DNA of 61,921 nt, filler included, from Sphacelaria rigidula (taxonomy: Eukaryota), in assembly GCA_964200075.2 (NCBI GenBank). It is 6 parts of 6 records of this genome, joined end to end, with 100 filler letters (N's around TTAATTAATTAA, not from the genome) between each part and the next. Parts side by side here need not be neighbours in the genome. Positions count along the whole stretch, not along the records: positions 31,015 to 41,250 come from CAXNAA020006878.1; positions 41,351 to 51,586 come from CAXNAA020006879.1; 4 more parts are not named here. One strand, written 5' to 3'. Positions 33,721-45,900 of this stretch are shown piece after piece; position 1 is the first letter of the stretch, and each line of letters starts with the position of its first letter. The position numbers and the translations under genes were made by a program. The notes below the pieces were generated by a model that was not told the DNA's origin, ran no database searches, and saw only the letters and a program-made list of their open reading frames with translations.

Positions 33721-35236
33721 TACGATTGCATGGTTTGCGTTCAATACATATTATGGTAACGATATGTTACACATCGCTTAGACTCGATACATGTTGACAC
33801 TTCAATACATCCACGGCCGGCATGCATAATCTTTATCGCATGTTTTGTTCCCGGAGCAAATGCATGTCCAATAGATATTGCCATTCATTACTTCACGATC
33901 ATGACACGAGAAATATATGTTGTTGCTTCGATGTCTCCGACGACATCTCAACACAATATACATTGAAAATACAATATTTGTGCTGTCTCCAATACAAAGT
34001 ATTGGTATCATGTTGGAACATGTTGTATTGTCCAGGGTATATAAGCAACACAGCACCGGTGACCACAGGGGTACAAGAAGGTGCATATCGACCCGCGTTT
34101 TCTGTCGTCGTGATGTTTACCGAAGATATATTACATGTTGTGAAGGGGATGGGCGGCCCCGTACCGGTGGCCAGGTATGTATCAGAAGGCATGTATACCG
34201 GGTCGCCCCTTCTGCCACCACATTTTCTGACAAGTATGTATATATATATATATGTATATACTGTATGTGTGTGTCAAGCGAATTCGACAACTCTTCGTAG
34301 CAATGAACGCGAACTTCTGCGGCTCCCTTCGAAGCTTTTCCCAATCTGCACGAGCTCCGACATCCATCGCGTCTGGATCTTTCTTCAAGCGTACACCATA
34401 CTTGAAATATCCGATATATAGTGACCGGCCACTACATTGGCACCCACGCAGACTTCATTCGTATTGACCGATTAATATGTTCTCACCAATGCGACCCTAC
34501 TATATATTGGTCGTGTGATATGTCGTCGCCCACACTGCCCCAATATATATTGATGAGACGAAATGTGTTCAAACCCACGGTACCAATTTATATCGGGCGG
34601 ACAATATGTATGCAGTCCCACGACATCAATATATATTGGGCACGCAATACGTGTGCAGTCCAAGGGTACCAACATATATTGCGCCGGCGATATATCGCAG
34701 AATTCCAACATGACCGACTAGTATATATTGAAAACATACTGTAATATCCAGGGTGTGCTAGATTCAGAACAAGGTCTCAGTTCTTGCTCCACGGGCTTTC
34801 TAACTAGCAGGGCTTTAGAACTCAAGACAGACCAGTTATACAAAACAGCTGTCTTCGTTAAACCGGAAGGTGATCCTTGCACTTCCCCGCACACAGCATA
34901 TGTAAGCAGTCATAGTCATACTCCAGAGAAAATCCCATGCCCTAGTCCGATGTAAATCTTATATCCATATCTCCTCCCCGCAGACAGCATATCATGCACC
35001 CTCAAAACTCCGTACTACTTGGAGCAGAAAGCGAGTTTGACAAACAGTAGACGCCGACAATCACGTTCATGCTCCCCTTGCTCATCAGCTAGTGACACAC
35101 GACCATGCAATGTCATTTTCCACAAGAGAAAATGATAATTAGTCTCAACGTACGCAGCTCTGATCGCGCCAATTGCGGCGCTTCTCTCAAAAGCGTCCAA
35201 CGCCTCCCACGAATGTTCGTCCTCGTCGAAACCTAC

Positions 35237-37105
35237 TCATTTCACACGTCCATCAAATCCATCTCCTTGAGCATCAGATACAACAATAATGGATTCCATC
35301 TCGAACCCCCCTTGTGCATACGCATACTGGAACACCTCCTTTGGATCCGTAGTGACCTCCAGTTCCTTGTCCGCATGGTGCTGAAGAGGTGTGACACATG
35401 CATCCTTCACCTCGCCATTCACAGTATTCTGAATCTCGTAGACATACATGCAATTTCTCCGTTGCCACGATCCTCCAGGGTCCTGTCCACGTACTTACGA
35501 GTTCCGGCGTTGTTCTTGAGCACCAAACCCTCGCCGCCAACACATAATCACGAACCATGAGATTTGGTCCTGTCCCTTACTGGCAGCACGTCGCTGCAGT
35601 ACACGGGTTTTCTCCGCGCGCTGCGCCACCCCCTTCTGCAGCTCTTGCTGCGCCTCAACGACTGACGCCACCTTCTGTCGCAGCATGTCTTCATCTAGCG
35701 CCTCAAGTCGTCATTCGCCGCCAGTTGACCAGGCTAGGGTTGAAAACCTTGAGCGCGGCGCACGTCCAGATATCACATGGTACGGCGTGCTCGCGTAGCG
35801 CTCACGGAAGGCGGTATCCAACGCCCCTTGCACGGCAGGTACCAAACCCACCATTTCACGAACTCAATGCCTCGTTTCCTCCAACATCTTTTTCAAAGTA
35901 CGGACAACCTTGCGCATCATTCGTTCACACGTACCACTAGACCACGGCAAGTTGGCGATCGTGAATCCCCGATCCAGTTTTAGTTCCTTCTCCAGCTCTC
36001 GAATACCATGGTTCTTAAACTACAACACCGTATCACTAACCCACACCTCCGGTGGACCCAAAGTTTTGCATCGCGTCAACAGATGCTGCACCGTCGAGGC
36101 AGCAGAGCAAGATTCCGTGGGTTCCAACCACACGAAATTCTCAAAATCTTCCATGATAACGAAGATGTACTTGTACCTGTCTCCTTCATCCAATCCGCTT
36201 TCGCCCAACGGATCACTCTCGCCAATGTACAAGCAATCAAAATGCATCACTTCGCCGGACCTTGTGCCATGTACGGTCTCCCCTAGCAGTAGCTGGACCG
36301 TTTTCTCAGCTTTCGAATCTATGCAATATAAGCATTTCCTCCCGAAATCTGTAACGCGAACTTTTATCTGGTACCAACAACAGTATTCCCGTACCCTCTG
36401 CATTGTCGCCACAACACCGCGGTGGCCTGCCCCTTTCATGTCGGCGCACCCCATCAGACATGTGTGCAACTCTTTCGTTTGCGGCGGGATCCACAACACA
36501 GGTTCATCTGCGATATGCACGCGAGACAAACCCTCACCGTCGTTCGAAACGAGCCCAAAAGTTGCAGTGAATGAAATAGCTCCAGCAACAATCGCTCCGG
36601 ACCCTGCGCCGGCCTGCTCTTGAGCTGCTTGAATATCATCCTTCGACGGTAGTGTTTCATCATGCTTACCGCTCGCGAACACGGCCACAGAACCGACAGA
36701 CATCACCGGAACATTAATCCACCTTGACAGCAAACGACCCCAGCAGTTGCGCTCCCCATACATGTGCCTGATAGAGGAGTCGTCCTGCCCGAGCACAGCC
36801 TTCCATTGCACGAGTCTCTGGGCCGCAGGCTTTGACAACGATGCCACGCAAGCCTCAGGATTGAAAATGTATGCTAGATAACGATGGTCAGGGAAAACAT
36901 GCACTCCACCCCACAATACTCTCTGCAACCTCCGGAATGTACTCAAAATGGCGTTGTTTTCCTTATCCACCGTAGCCCACCTACCCTGCGCCCCGCGAAA
37001 AACATCACTCAGAAACCCCATCGGCTCGTGGCTCATGTTCTCCACCGCCAGTGGACCATCCAGCCCAACGGCCGGCACCTGGGTCAGAAAACTGCCCCCG
37101 TGCAA
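35237..37105 (-). pseudogene. Gypsy RNase H plus integrase remnant
   Basis: RNase H: PMGFLS..F..AQ.RWATVDKE and DHRYL. Integrase: GHRG...CLYC zinc-binding region, HFDCLYIG and WVSD. The C-terminus has a WTGPWRI (GPY/F-like) motif. Confidence 0.9.
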
Positions 37106-37282
37106 ATGCTATGCATCCGGGAACATAAATGCTTCATACCCCTCCTTCGGATACGACAAAGCGACAGCACGCGCCACCAAATCTTGAGAAGTACGTCACG
37201 CCTGAGCACGCTGAAATGTCCACGGTGAATATTCGATTATTCAGTTTGACGCCACTCGCTTGGTGCGGCGTACGTTTCCCCG

Positions 37283-37716
37283 CATATAACAGTGGATTCT
37301 CGAAAATGGGGTTGAAAAAAAATGAGGTTCAACTCAAAAGCCGTGCTTTCCCTGACTCAAATTCATGACAAATGACTTTCATACTGACGACCTCATCCCT
37401 CCCGACCCCCCTATAACTACTTCAGGGGATTTCTGGCCTTCTGCTCCCCCAAATGGTATGAGCGAGAGCACACCTTCGCCTCAGTCTCGGGATAAAAGAA
37501 GGAAGTATGTTGGCCCCACATTCGTGCTTTCGCACATACCCTTTGGGAGAACGGAAGGCTAGCAGTCCACCGAAATAGTTTTGGGGAGGTTGGGAGGGAT
37601 TGGGTGGTAAATATGAAAGTCATCTGTCATGAATTCAGGCAAGGGAAAGCACGGCTTTTGAGTTAAACCTCATTTTTTTTCAATCCCATTTTTTGAAGAA
37701 CTCACAGTATTATATG
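37283..37716. mobile_element. MITE with ~100-nt TIRs inserted in the Gypsy pol region
   Basis: aaaatggggttgaaaaaaaatgaggttcaactcaaaagccgtgctttccct...atgactttcata is inverted at 37612-37693. Confidence 0.8.
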
Positions 37717-37719
37717 TTC

Positions 37720-38503
37720 CTTCAACAGCCTAGGCAGCGGCTCTACCGGTTCCGCGAAACGCGGTATGGATAGTTTTAGCCAACTTACCGCCTGAAAAAA
37801 CAGGATCAGCTCGCCCACCGTACGTGGGCGACGAGTGTGGGCTTAACCAGTCGGCAGATCTCGATCATGAGCAGCCTGACCACATGACAAACCTTCCTAC
37901 ACACGTCATCTGCGTATCATAAAACATGCTCTTGTGCGCGGCCACAAACAGACCAACGTCATCCAATCGACCCAAAGTCACATCGTGCGCAACAGATCAT
38001 CCTCATCTCTTCCCAACCACAAGATATCATCGACCCATACCTTGCAGTCGAGTCCAGCCAACAGTGCCATTATTGTCTGTGGTAAATACCCGGTAACGTT
38101 GAGCACGCCTTGGGGCACGCTCGTGGGCGTCGGGAGTCGCAAGAATGCAAATTTCCTGGGCTTTGACCGCCAGCGGCATCTGCCAGTATCCCTGTAGCAT
38201 GTCAAGCTTCGCAAAACACGAAAAACTCAACAAATTGGCCGCTTCCCTCTCATGATTTGGCATAAAACTGCGAACCTTCTCGATGTGCTTGTTGACTGCT
38301 CGGTAGTCACTCACCAATCGATATCCGCCCTTCTTCGGCACAGCCATACCCGCGCTTGCCCACACCGCCTGGATACTGCGAAAGACTAGCCCCAGCACCA
38401 CCAGCGTAGCCATACATCCTGCAAACGAACTCTTCCTCACCGGAGAATACACTCGCGGGCTCGCCTTGACTGCCGTAGCCCCCGGTTTAAAGCATACCTG
38501 CAA
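37720..38503 (-). pseudogene. Gypsy reverse transcriptase remnant
   Basis: GYRLVSDYRAVNK, FAKLDMLQGYWQMPL, PQGVLN and VWVDDIL, split across frames. Confidence 0.9.
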
Positions 38504-38624
38504 AGGCTACACACGAGCAGACAGGTCACCTCGCAGCGCGCGGCGAAAGGCGTTCGTTCGACGTCCGACAGCCTCGCGGAGCTTGTTCACCCCGTCCTCC
38601 CATATTCCACTGCTCGCGGCTGTT

Positions 38625-39263
38625 TTACCACTTCCTCCAGGGCTGTTTTACCGCTTCCTCCAGCGCCACGTTGTGCTCAACAAGCTCTTGTTCTGGTGGC
38701 ACAAACATATCCAGGCCCCGTGATCCCAGTCGCTCGAAATATGGATTAATCGGTGTGGTTTGACCGGTTTTATACTGTAGCTCCTCCTCCGCAATGCTCA
38801 CACGTCTGCAGTCGCGATACTTGGGCGTCTCGACGCCCCGCACAGAAGGGTATCCGGCTTTTGCGCATGCGCCTAGGTCATTGTAGATGTCGATTATTTT
38901 CTTAGCCGTAGTCTTACTCCCGATGATCACCACATCATCGGCGCCCGACATGATTGCATTCTGGCAGATCTCTGGCACCACCGGCCCCCAGATCATGTTT
39001 AGTGCTGTACGGGCCAGGCACGTTATAGATTGCATGGTTGTGACGTTCCCGTCTTCCAGCCGTACTGGGTGTGTAGGTGTCATTGGTGTGATAACTGACA
39101 CCGCAGGCGATGCATTTTGCAGCCGGGTTGCCACCCTTTCAGACATAATCGTGATGTCAGCCCCAGAGTCCGATACAGCCTTGACCGGACTTACCGTCTG
39201 TACTGCGGCGCCTGGGATAGACAGATCAGCCCGGCAGCACTGCTGCCTGTATTCTACGCGCAA
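38625..39263 (-). pseudogene. Gypsy aspartic protease remnant
   Basis: VKAVSDSGADITIMS active-site-like motif and downstream VIIG. Confidence 0.8.
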
Positions 39264-42200
39264 ACCCTCTGCCTCCAGCTCTGCTACCTCTGAAGAGGTG
39301 GGTCAGTACCCCAACGCCGGCACTGCCGCCAATGTCCACTGCTGTACTGTTTCTGTTGACGGTGGAGGCTGCACTGCGGGAGCAAGAGACAGCCTCCTGA
39401 TTACAGGAGCAGCAAGTCCGCCCATACACCAAGACAAGCTGCATCATCACAGTATGATGACCACAGTACCTCTTATTCGCGCAATTCTCACCACGTTTTG
39501 AAGTCCTCCGTGGACTCCTTACCTGATGCCATCTTCATGGCTTCATGCACCTCACCATCACGTATTTCCCCCTCCTCCCTGAGATTCAACAAGCGTCCTT
39601 GCTTTGTTTCAGGGTTCAACGACTCCGTTCAGAAACCACAAGTTTCCTGAATGAACGTTTATTATAGAGTTGTCTAGATTCAGAACAAGGTCTCAGTACT
39701 TACTCCAGAGGCTTCCTCCCCAGCAGGGCTTCAGAGACTTCAAGAGAGCAGCTATACAAAACAGTTGTTTTCGTTAAACCGGAAGGTGACCCTTTCACCT
39801 CCCCACACACACAATATATGTAAGCAGTCACAGTCATCCTCCAGAGAATATCCCATAACCTAGTCCAATCTGAATTTCATATCCATACCTCCTCCTCGCA
39901 GATAGCATATTATGCACCTGCACGTGTACTGGAGATGGACTACTCTACAGGAAGCATTATCCAAGTCCCAGTTACGCGAACCCAACATACCTGACAGTTC
40001 TGTACCAAACCTTGGTTCTGTTCATACGAAACTTGAAACTTCTAGCCACGAGGGAGCCCCAGATACTGAATCTGACGGCCCGGCATGACAGACCATGGCA
40101 GGGTGCTTATCTTGTCCGAACGCAACTGTCACCGATAACTTCCGAATTGGTAAGCCTGACAATCCGGCGGAAACCACTGTCCATTTTGATTCCTTGTCGG
40201 TGTTTATTTATCAATTTCTTCTGTTGAGGACGGCGGGTGGGTCGGGGGACTACTTCGAGGGGCCGACTCTAACACCCCAGTTCTCCTTGGCGACGTGTGT
40301 GACCGAGCCATCATTTTTGCGTTGTGTGCTTCGACCTGAGAATGCACCGGACCGCCATCTCCTTTTCAGGGCATGTCCTGCGCTCAGCAAAGAACTTTGG
40401 AAAGTCACTCATCTCTGGAGGTTTTCGAGGGTGAGCTTGAGACACTTGAAAAATGAGGTCTAACTCCGGGATGTGTCAGCGGTGTGGTTGAGTATGCGGC
40501 GTCTGAATGAGGAAGGCGTCGCCGTCACGCATGATCTCTCCATCTCGAGTACATATTATATCAAGTGTATAAAAGTAAACGAAGAAAGGGATCATTGTCG
40601 GTAAAATGCCATCGAACGGCCTGGACACGTTTCGGAGGCTTACCCTCCTCCCCCCCCCCCCCTCCCTCGCCCTCCCTCCCTCGCCCGGCGAGAACCCGGC
40701 GTGTCCCGCCCCGGCTTTGCAGGGGCGAATCCCAGATGGGGTTGGTGTCGGCTGACGATGACGCTTTAAACCACGGTTTTGTGCGCTTGAGGTTTTTTGC
40801 GGCAACCATAATGGTAGTCGAGCTGGATCATGCGGAGTGGGAGTTTCTCAACGCCACACAGTGAGGATGATCGTACTACGTCGTGTTTAAATGATGAGAC
40901 ACCCATGAGGCAATGTATAAGCCGTGGCTGTCACTGGAAGTGGTGATACCAGAAAAAAGGGACTAATTCTAGGCTATCATCCCAATGCAAAATATTCAGT
41001 AGGCTTCGGGCCGAACAATCTTGGCAGGATGCAGCTCACCCCTCATGCGACCCGCCGAACACACCACGGAGCTTCGCGCTTGGTGATTGAGTGCGAGCCT
41101 AATCCGGCAGAAACCTGGCGTGTTCCGTCCCCACTTTGTAGGGATGCGAGGTCAATGGTCTTATGAACATGGCATGCATGATCATGAGTACACCCCCCCC
41201 CCTCCCCCTCCCCATGGTGATGCACCCATGAGGCAGTGTATAAGACGTGGNNNNNNNNNNNNNNNNNNNNNNNNNNNNNNNNNNNNNNNNNNNNTTAATT
41301 AATTAANNNNNNNNNNNNNNNNNNNNNNNNNNNNNNNNNNNNNNNNNNNNGACTCACTTGAAGCGAATGATCAAAGCCATTCTCAATCGTATCATCTACT
41401 CTCAATCTCACGAAAACACTGTTTTACACAGCTTTACACGCTGATATCCTACTCAGGGGTATCGAGGGCCTCAGTGGCAAGCTACTACAGAATATTGAAT
41501 ATTGGGCCTTGTGGAGGTGCATGTCGAAACTGAAACAGCTCATTCACTATGTGACCGCTCTTCACCCTCAATCGTACCTTCACTCTCAAATTCACGAAAA
41601 CGCTGTAAAAATTGAGTTGAAACATTCCCGTTTTCCGGCGGCAGCAGTTTTCATTTCGGCCAAACAAGAGTTCTTGTCTAAGGACGGTGAAAAACAAAGT
41701 CCAGGGGAAAGTGCCCCGAATGCTCAAACCGAAATTCGTCGCCATCCGCTGAATGAATCGATCGGGGGTTCCATATAGATTTTAGTATGGACGCCATCTC
41801 CGTAAGGTATAGGAATTGCTAGACATGGGGTTCAATCAACGAGAAAATATGGGCCCTGACTTTTGAGCAGATGGGCACCTTCCCCTTGGCTAGACGATCA
41901 AAACGATGTGCGGGTTACGGCCTAACTCGTCTGTGTCGGTGAGATATTGCTTTTAGGGCTTAAATCCTTCTTCAGGCTGGCCCAGCTCGTAGCACGTGGC
42001 TGTCTACGTTGCGACAACCGAAAATAAAGCAACTTATTGGAGGCTGTCGTCAAAATGCAAGACTGCCAGTACGCTTCGGGCCGAACAGTCTGCACAGGAT
42101 GCAGCTCACTTTTCATGCGACTCGCCGGACACATCACGCCGCTTTGCGCTTGGTGAGAGACTGTGAGCCTGGTCCGGTGAAAACCCGGCATGCTCTGTCC

Positions 42201-42309
42201 CGGCTTTGAAGGAATGCAGCGTCAATGTTAATATGACTTCGGCATGCAAGATCATGAGTACAGCCCTTCTCGTCCCTCTCAACATAACACGAAGTAGAAT
42301 CGTGAACTC

Positions 42310-42443
42310 GCCAACGAAACTAACTAGAAACGTGTACTTTGCCAACGAAACTAAATAGTAACGTGTACTTGCCAACGAAGCTAAACCATCTAGAAATGTG
42401 TACTTGCCAACGGAAACTAACTAGAAACGTATATTTGCCAACC
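42310..42443. repeat. Minisatellite, ~30-nt unit x4-5
   Basis: Head-to-tail GCCAACGAAACTAACTAGAAACGTGTACTT with no spacers. Confidence 0.85.
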
Positions 42444-42967
42444 GACGTAACCAAATCAACGCCAGTTCAGCCCCAAAACGAATCACCTAGCACCCGTTTC
42501 CACGGGACCATATCCTGCACAATATATAGACCGAAATATGCTGACAGTAAATGTCAACACTGAAGCGAAATGTCAGCGCACCAGAAACGGCCGTCGCCTC
42601 GCACGGCCATGCCCCCCTCCCATCATGCTCTACACAGATAACCCTACACCCGACAGAACGGTCAGTAAATTTCACCAAATTTAGATATGTACCAGAGGAA
42701 CGGAACGTCAAAGTCTTGTCTATCGCGTGCTCTAGCACATCTACACCCCATTCAGGGCGTTCGCTCTCATTTTTTGCAGACCTCGGGCTCTACTTCACGA
42801 CTATCGCATCATGGTACAAACTAATGTCCGTACATGCCCAGACGAACGGCCGTGAGACAGGAGGGGGTTGAGCAGATGTCGAACCGGTCCTCTTGCCTTC
42901 GCTGAATCGTGCGCAGTTGAGTGCTGATAATCGCGGATTGCCCTTTGTGGCACGAGGACAGGCGACG

Positions 42968-45900
42968 TTACTCCTCCACCTCCGGCACCACGAACTCCAC
43001 CTGGAAATACCACATGTAGCATTGACGGGGAAAACATCGCGGGGTAGGCAACGCGTACTCATTTGTTGCTGGCCTTTATGGTTCGACCATTGACCACGCA
43101 TCCCTTTCGAGATGGAGCATCGTTCCTACTCCCATTAATATTAGAAAAGCCTCAAACATCCGAGCGCTGATTACGTTGCCTCCATACATTACCAACAACA
43201 TTTTATTTATCTTACTCGTACCCCTTCCTTGTTTCGGCGTTTGTGCCTCCCCCATCCATCTCCTGTTGTAGCGATCGTTTTCTTGCTACTGATGTACGAA
43301 GTGATCTTCATTTTGGGTTCGTTAAGCTCTCACATACCCTCTCACGCCTCCAGGTCCTCCTCACATAGTTCACATTCCGCCACCTTTATGAGTTCTACCA
43401 CTTTTCCACAGGGGTAGTTTGGGGCATCTATTCCCTCCCCCACCTGTCTATTTATAGCTCTTTCTCATTTCTGGCTAGTCCAGATCCCCCCACACGAAAT
43501 CGCAGTCCCATATTTTTTGCACAAAGTCTATTGGGCCGTGCAAATACGTTCTCAACCTTGTCTCTCCTCTTTTTCCCCCGTATATTTTCTGGTGTTCTGC
43601 CTCGTTCACGTGCCGTCTTGGCCGCCCGTTATTTCCCCTTTTCTACCACGTCTCCTATCCATGCCTTGTATCTCCCCACCTTCACCCGTGGACATCACAC
43701 TCGTCTTGGTTTCCTCATCTTTTCTCTACTGCGCTATCCCGCCTTGTTCCATACAGCCCTTTCGGTATTTTATTCCATACAGCGCCGTGACCCATTGCTT
43801 GCAATCTCGGTTGTGGCATTTTCCTCATGTTATTTTTGTCATTTCCATCTTCGCAAAACTCTACTAATTTCTCAAGTAGATATATTCCCAATCCTGCTGT
43901 CAATGCTGCATACCTTTAGCGACTTGCAAAGAAGGAATTTCAAAACACCCAACGGATCCCTCAGTAGCCGCACCTCGAGAAGGCTGAACCACTCGTCCTC
44001 TTCCAGGCCTGTTGACCTGATGCACAGCTCGTCGGTTCCGGTGGTTTGAATCGTGTAGAACCCCAAGGTGTTCGTTCCTCCGCTGGAAGTGTGCGTGGTT
44101 TCCTGATCAACCGTGCCGGTGACCGTGACGGCGAAGCTTCTCTGCCGCTCTCTGCCCTTGTAGAAGGCGATCCTCACCCACTCAATATCCTGGCGTTTAA
44201 TGTTACAGAGCGGACAATAATGAGATTCGAGATATTCATAATACGCTATTTGGCAGTGAAGATCAAACGTAGTATATTTGCAGGGGATTTCGCCATGTTG
44301 CGAGTTAGGTGGCACGCGCTTGTGCTCGAGGAAATGTGCCGTGGTGACTTCGTGGTTTGTCCCCAGTGGCAGCTCACTGTTCGCCAAGAATGGACGTTTA
44401 GCTGTGTACTGCTCGTAGCCAGGTATTTCAATAGCCGATCGTTCATCAAGCATCAGTTATGGAGTGCAACGTTCGGCAATTGAACGCATGATGTTTTCAA
44501 GCACACGCTGAGCGGACGATGGACGATGCACACCCTCTCGCACCCAGCAGCGCGCGGCAGCAATAATGGAAACCAGTTATCAGAGTATCCCATCGATGAT
44601 GGGAAGTGTCTTTACAGTAGCATCAATGCTCCACCACACGACGAGCATACGTCGCTGTGATACTACGGGAGTGCAGTCAAGAGGTACTGCTCTCAAGAGT
44701 TCGAGCAAGAGAGACTAGCACGACGTGAAAGAGAAGCGACCCCAAAACAGTGAGTAGCATGAAGACTACAACCAACACCGCATTACTGAACTCGTCATCT
44801 TGAAACCAATATGAACTCCGACTGCAAACTGAAATCACCACCAGTCAGCCATGATACCAAAACCATCGCTACAACTAGGACGGGATGTCGCAGATAACCA
44901 CAACATATCCTTCTCGCGAATCAGGGCAAAAAACACGGGATTTTACACATTCAAAATTGAATTTTTTGCATCATGAGTCTAGGGAACCTTCATAAGCATC
45001 GATTTTTTTTTAACTCTATGCAAATGTACTCTTCGGGCATATTATGTGCCCTCGCTGATCCTGAACAACAAATCCACCGGCAATTTGTAAAATGCCCCGT
45101 CAACAGAGGATTCTGACGAACATATTTTTTGCACGGAAATGAACGGAGGGCGATTGTTGGGTGCAAACACGGGATTTTACAATGTGCAGATGGATTGAGG
45201 ATTAGCGAGGCCAAGCAACATGGCCGGAGAGTGTATTTGCCTTCAGATTTTAAATAATTGAGAACTCGACGCACCAAATACAAGAGCCGCCATGAGATAT
45301 CTGGATAGACACTAATTTCATGGAGGCCCAACCAACACTACTTGTGCGCAAGCTTTGGCATCACACATCTCGCGTGTGTCATCGGTGGAGCAAAGGCCAC
45401 GCCGATCCTGCTGCGTTGAATCATTTTACCTATTAATACTTGACGTTGATATTTTACTCACCTGCCCTCACCTACCTACGATTGATTTCATGCCGGATCA
45501 TAGATGCAGCATGCGGGGATAATATGCTCATGATATGTATGTATATGATACAGGACCGACCCGTGCAAGTATCAGCTCGGCTGCTACTACCGCATGCAGC
45601 TACCACCGTCTGCCAACAACCAAGAAGCCTCTTCGAGGGTTGTCGTTAGATGCTACGTTCTTGGCCTGAGGCTCACATTAGGTTCCGTCTTAAACCTCGA
45701 GTAACAGGATCACCACGAACCCGGGGTAAGGACCTGGTCTGCACGCAGGATCCATGTTGGCGAATTGGCGTCCTTTCCAGTCGGTTTCAAGTGAAATGAT
45801 GCCGATTCACAATGGCCCCTCCCCCCCCCCCCCCCCGGTTATCCCATTCCAGTCTCAGGTCGTGTCTCAGAGTGTTTCTTGCGGCAAACGACAAAAAAAA

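Larger units (their letters stand above)
34758..39922 (-). mobile_element. Degenerate Ty3/Gypsy LTR retrotransposon
   Basis: Direct repeats (LTR segments) at 34758-35004 and 39674-39922. Minus-strand order is protease-RT-RNase H-integrase, with many frameshifts and stops. Confidence 0.93.

Noticed and set aside
35910-36623. 237-aa plus-strand ORF (and 38887-39501)
   Set aside because: Antisense shadows of Gypsy pol remnants.
40890-40930. TGATGAGACAC...GTATAAG as a hammerhead ribozyme core (also inverted at ~25215-25240)
   Set aside because: No CUGAUGA start, no GAAA and no stem III in any copy.
42310-42443. ~30-nt repeats resembling a CRISPR array
   Set aside because: Units are contiguous with no unique spacers, there are no cas genes, and the context is eukaryotic.
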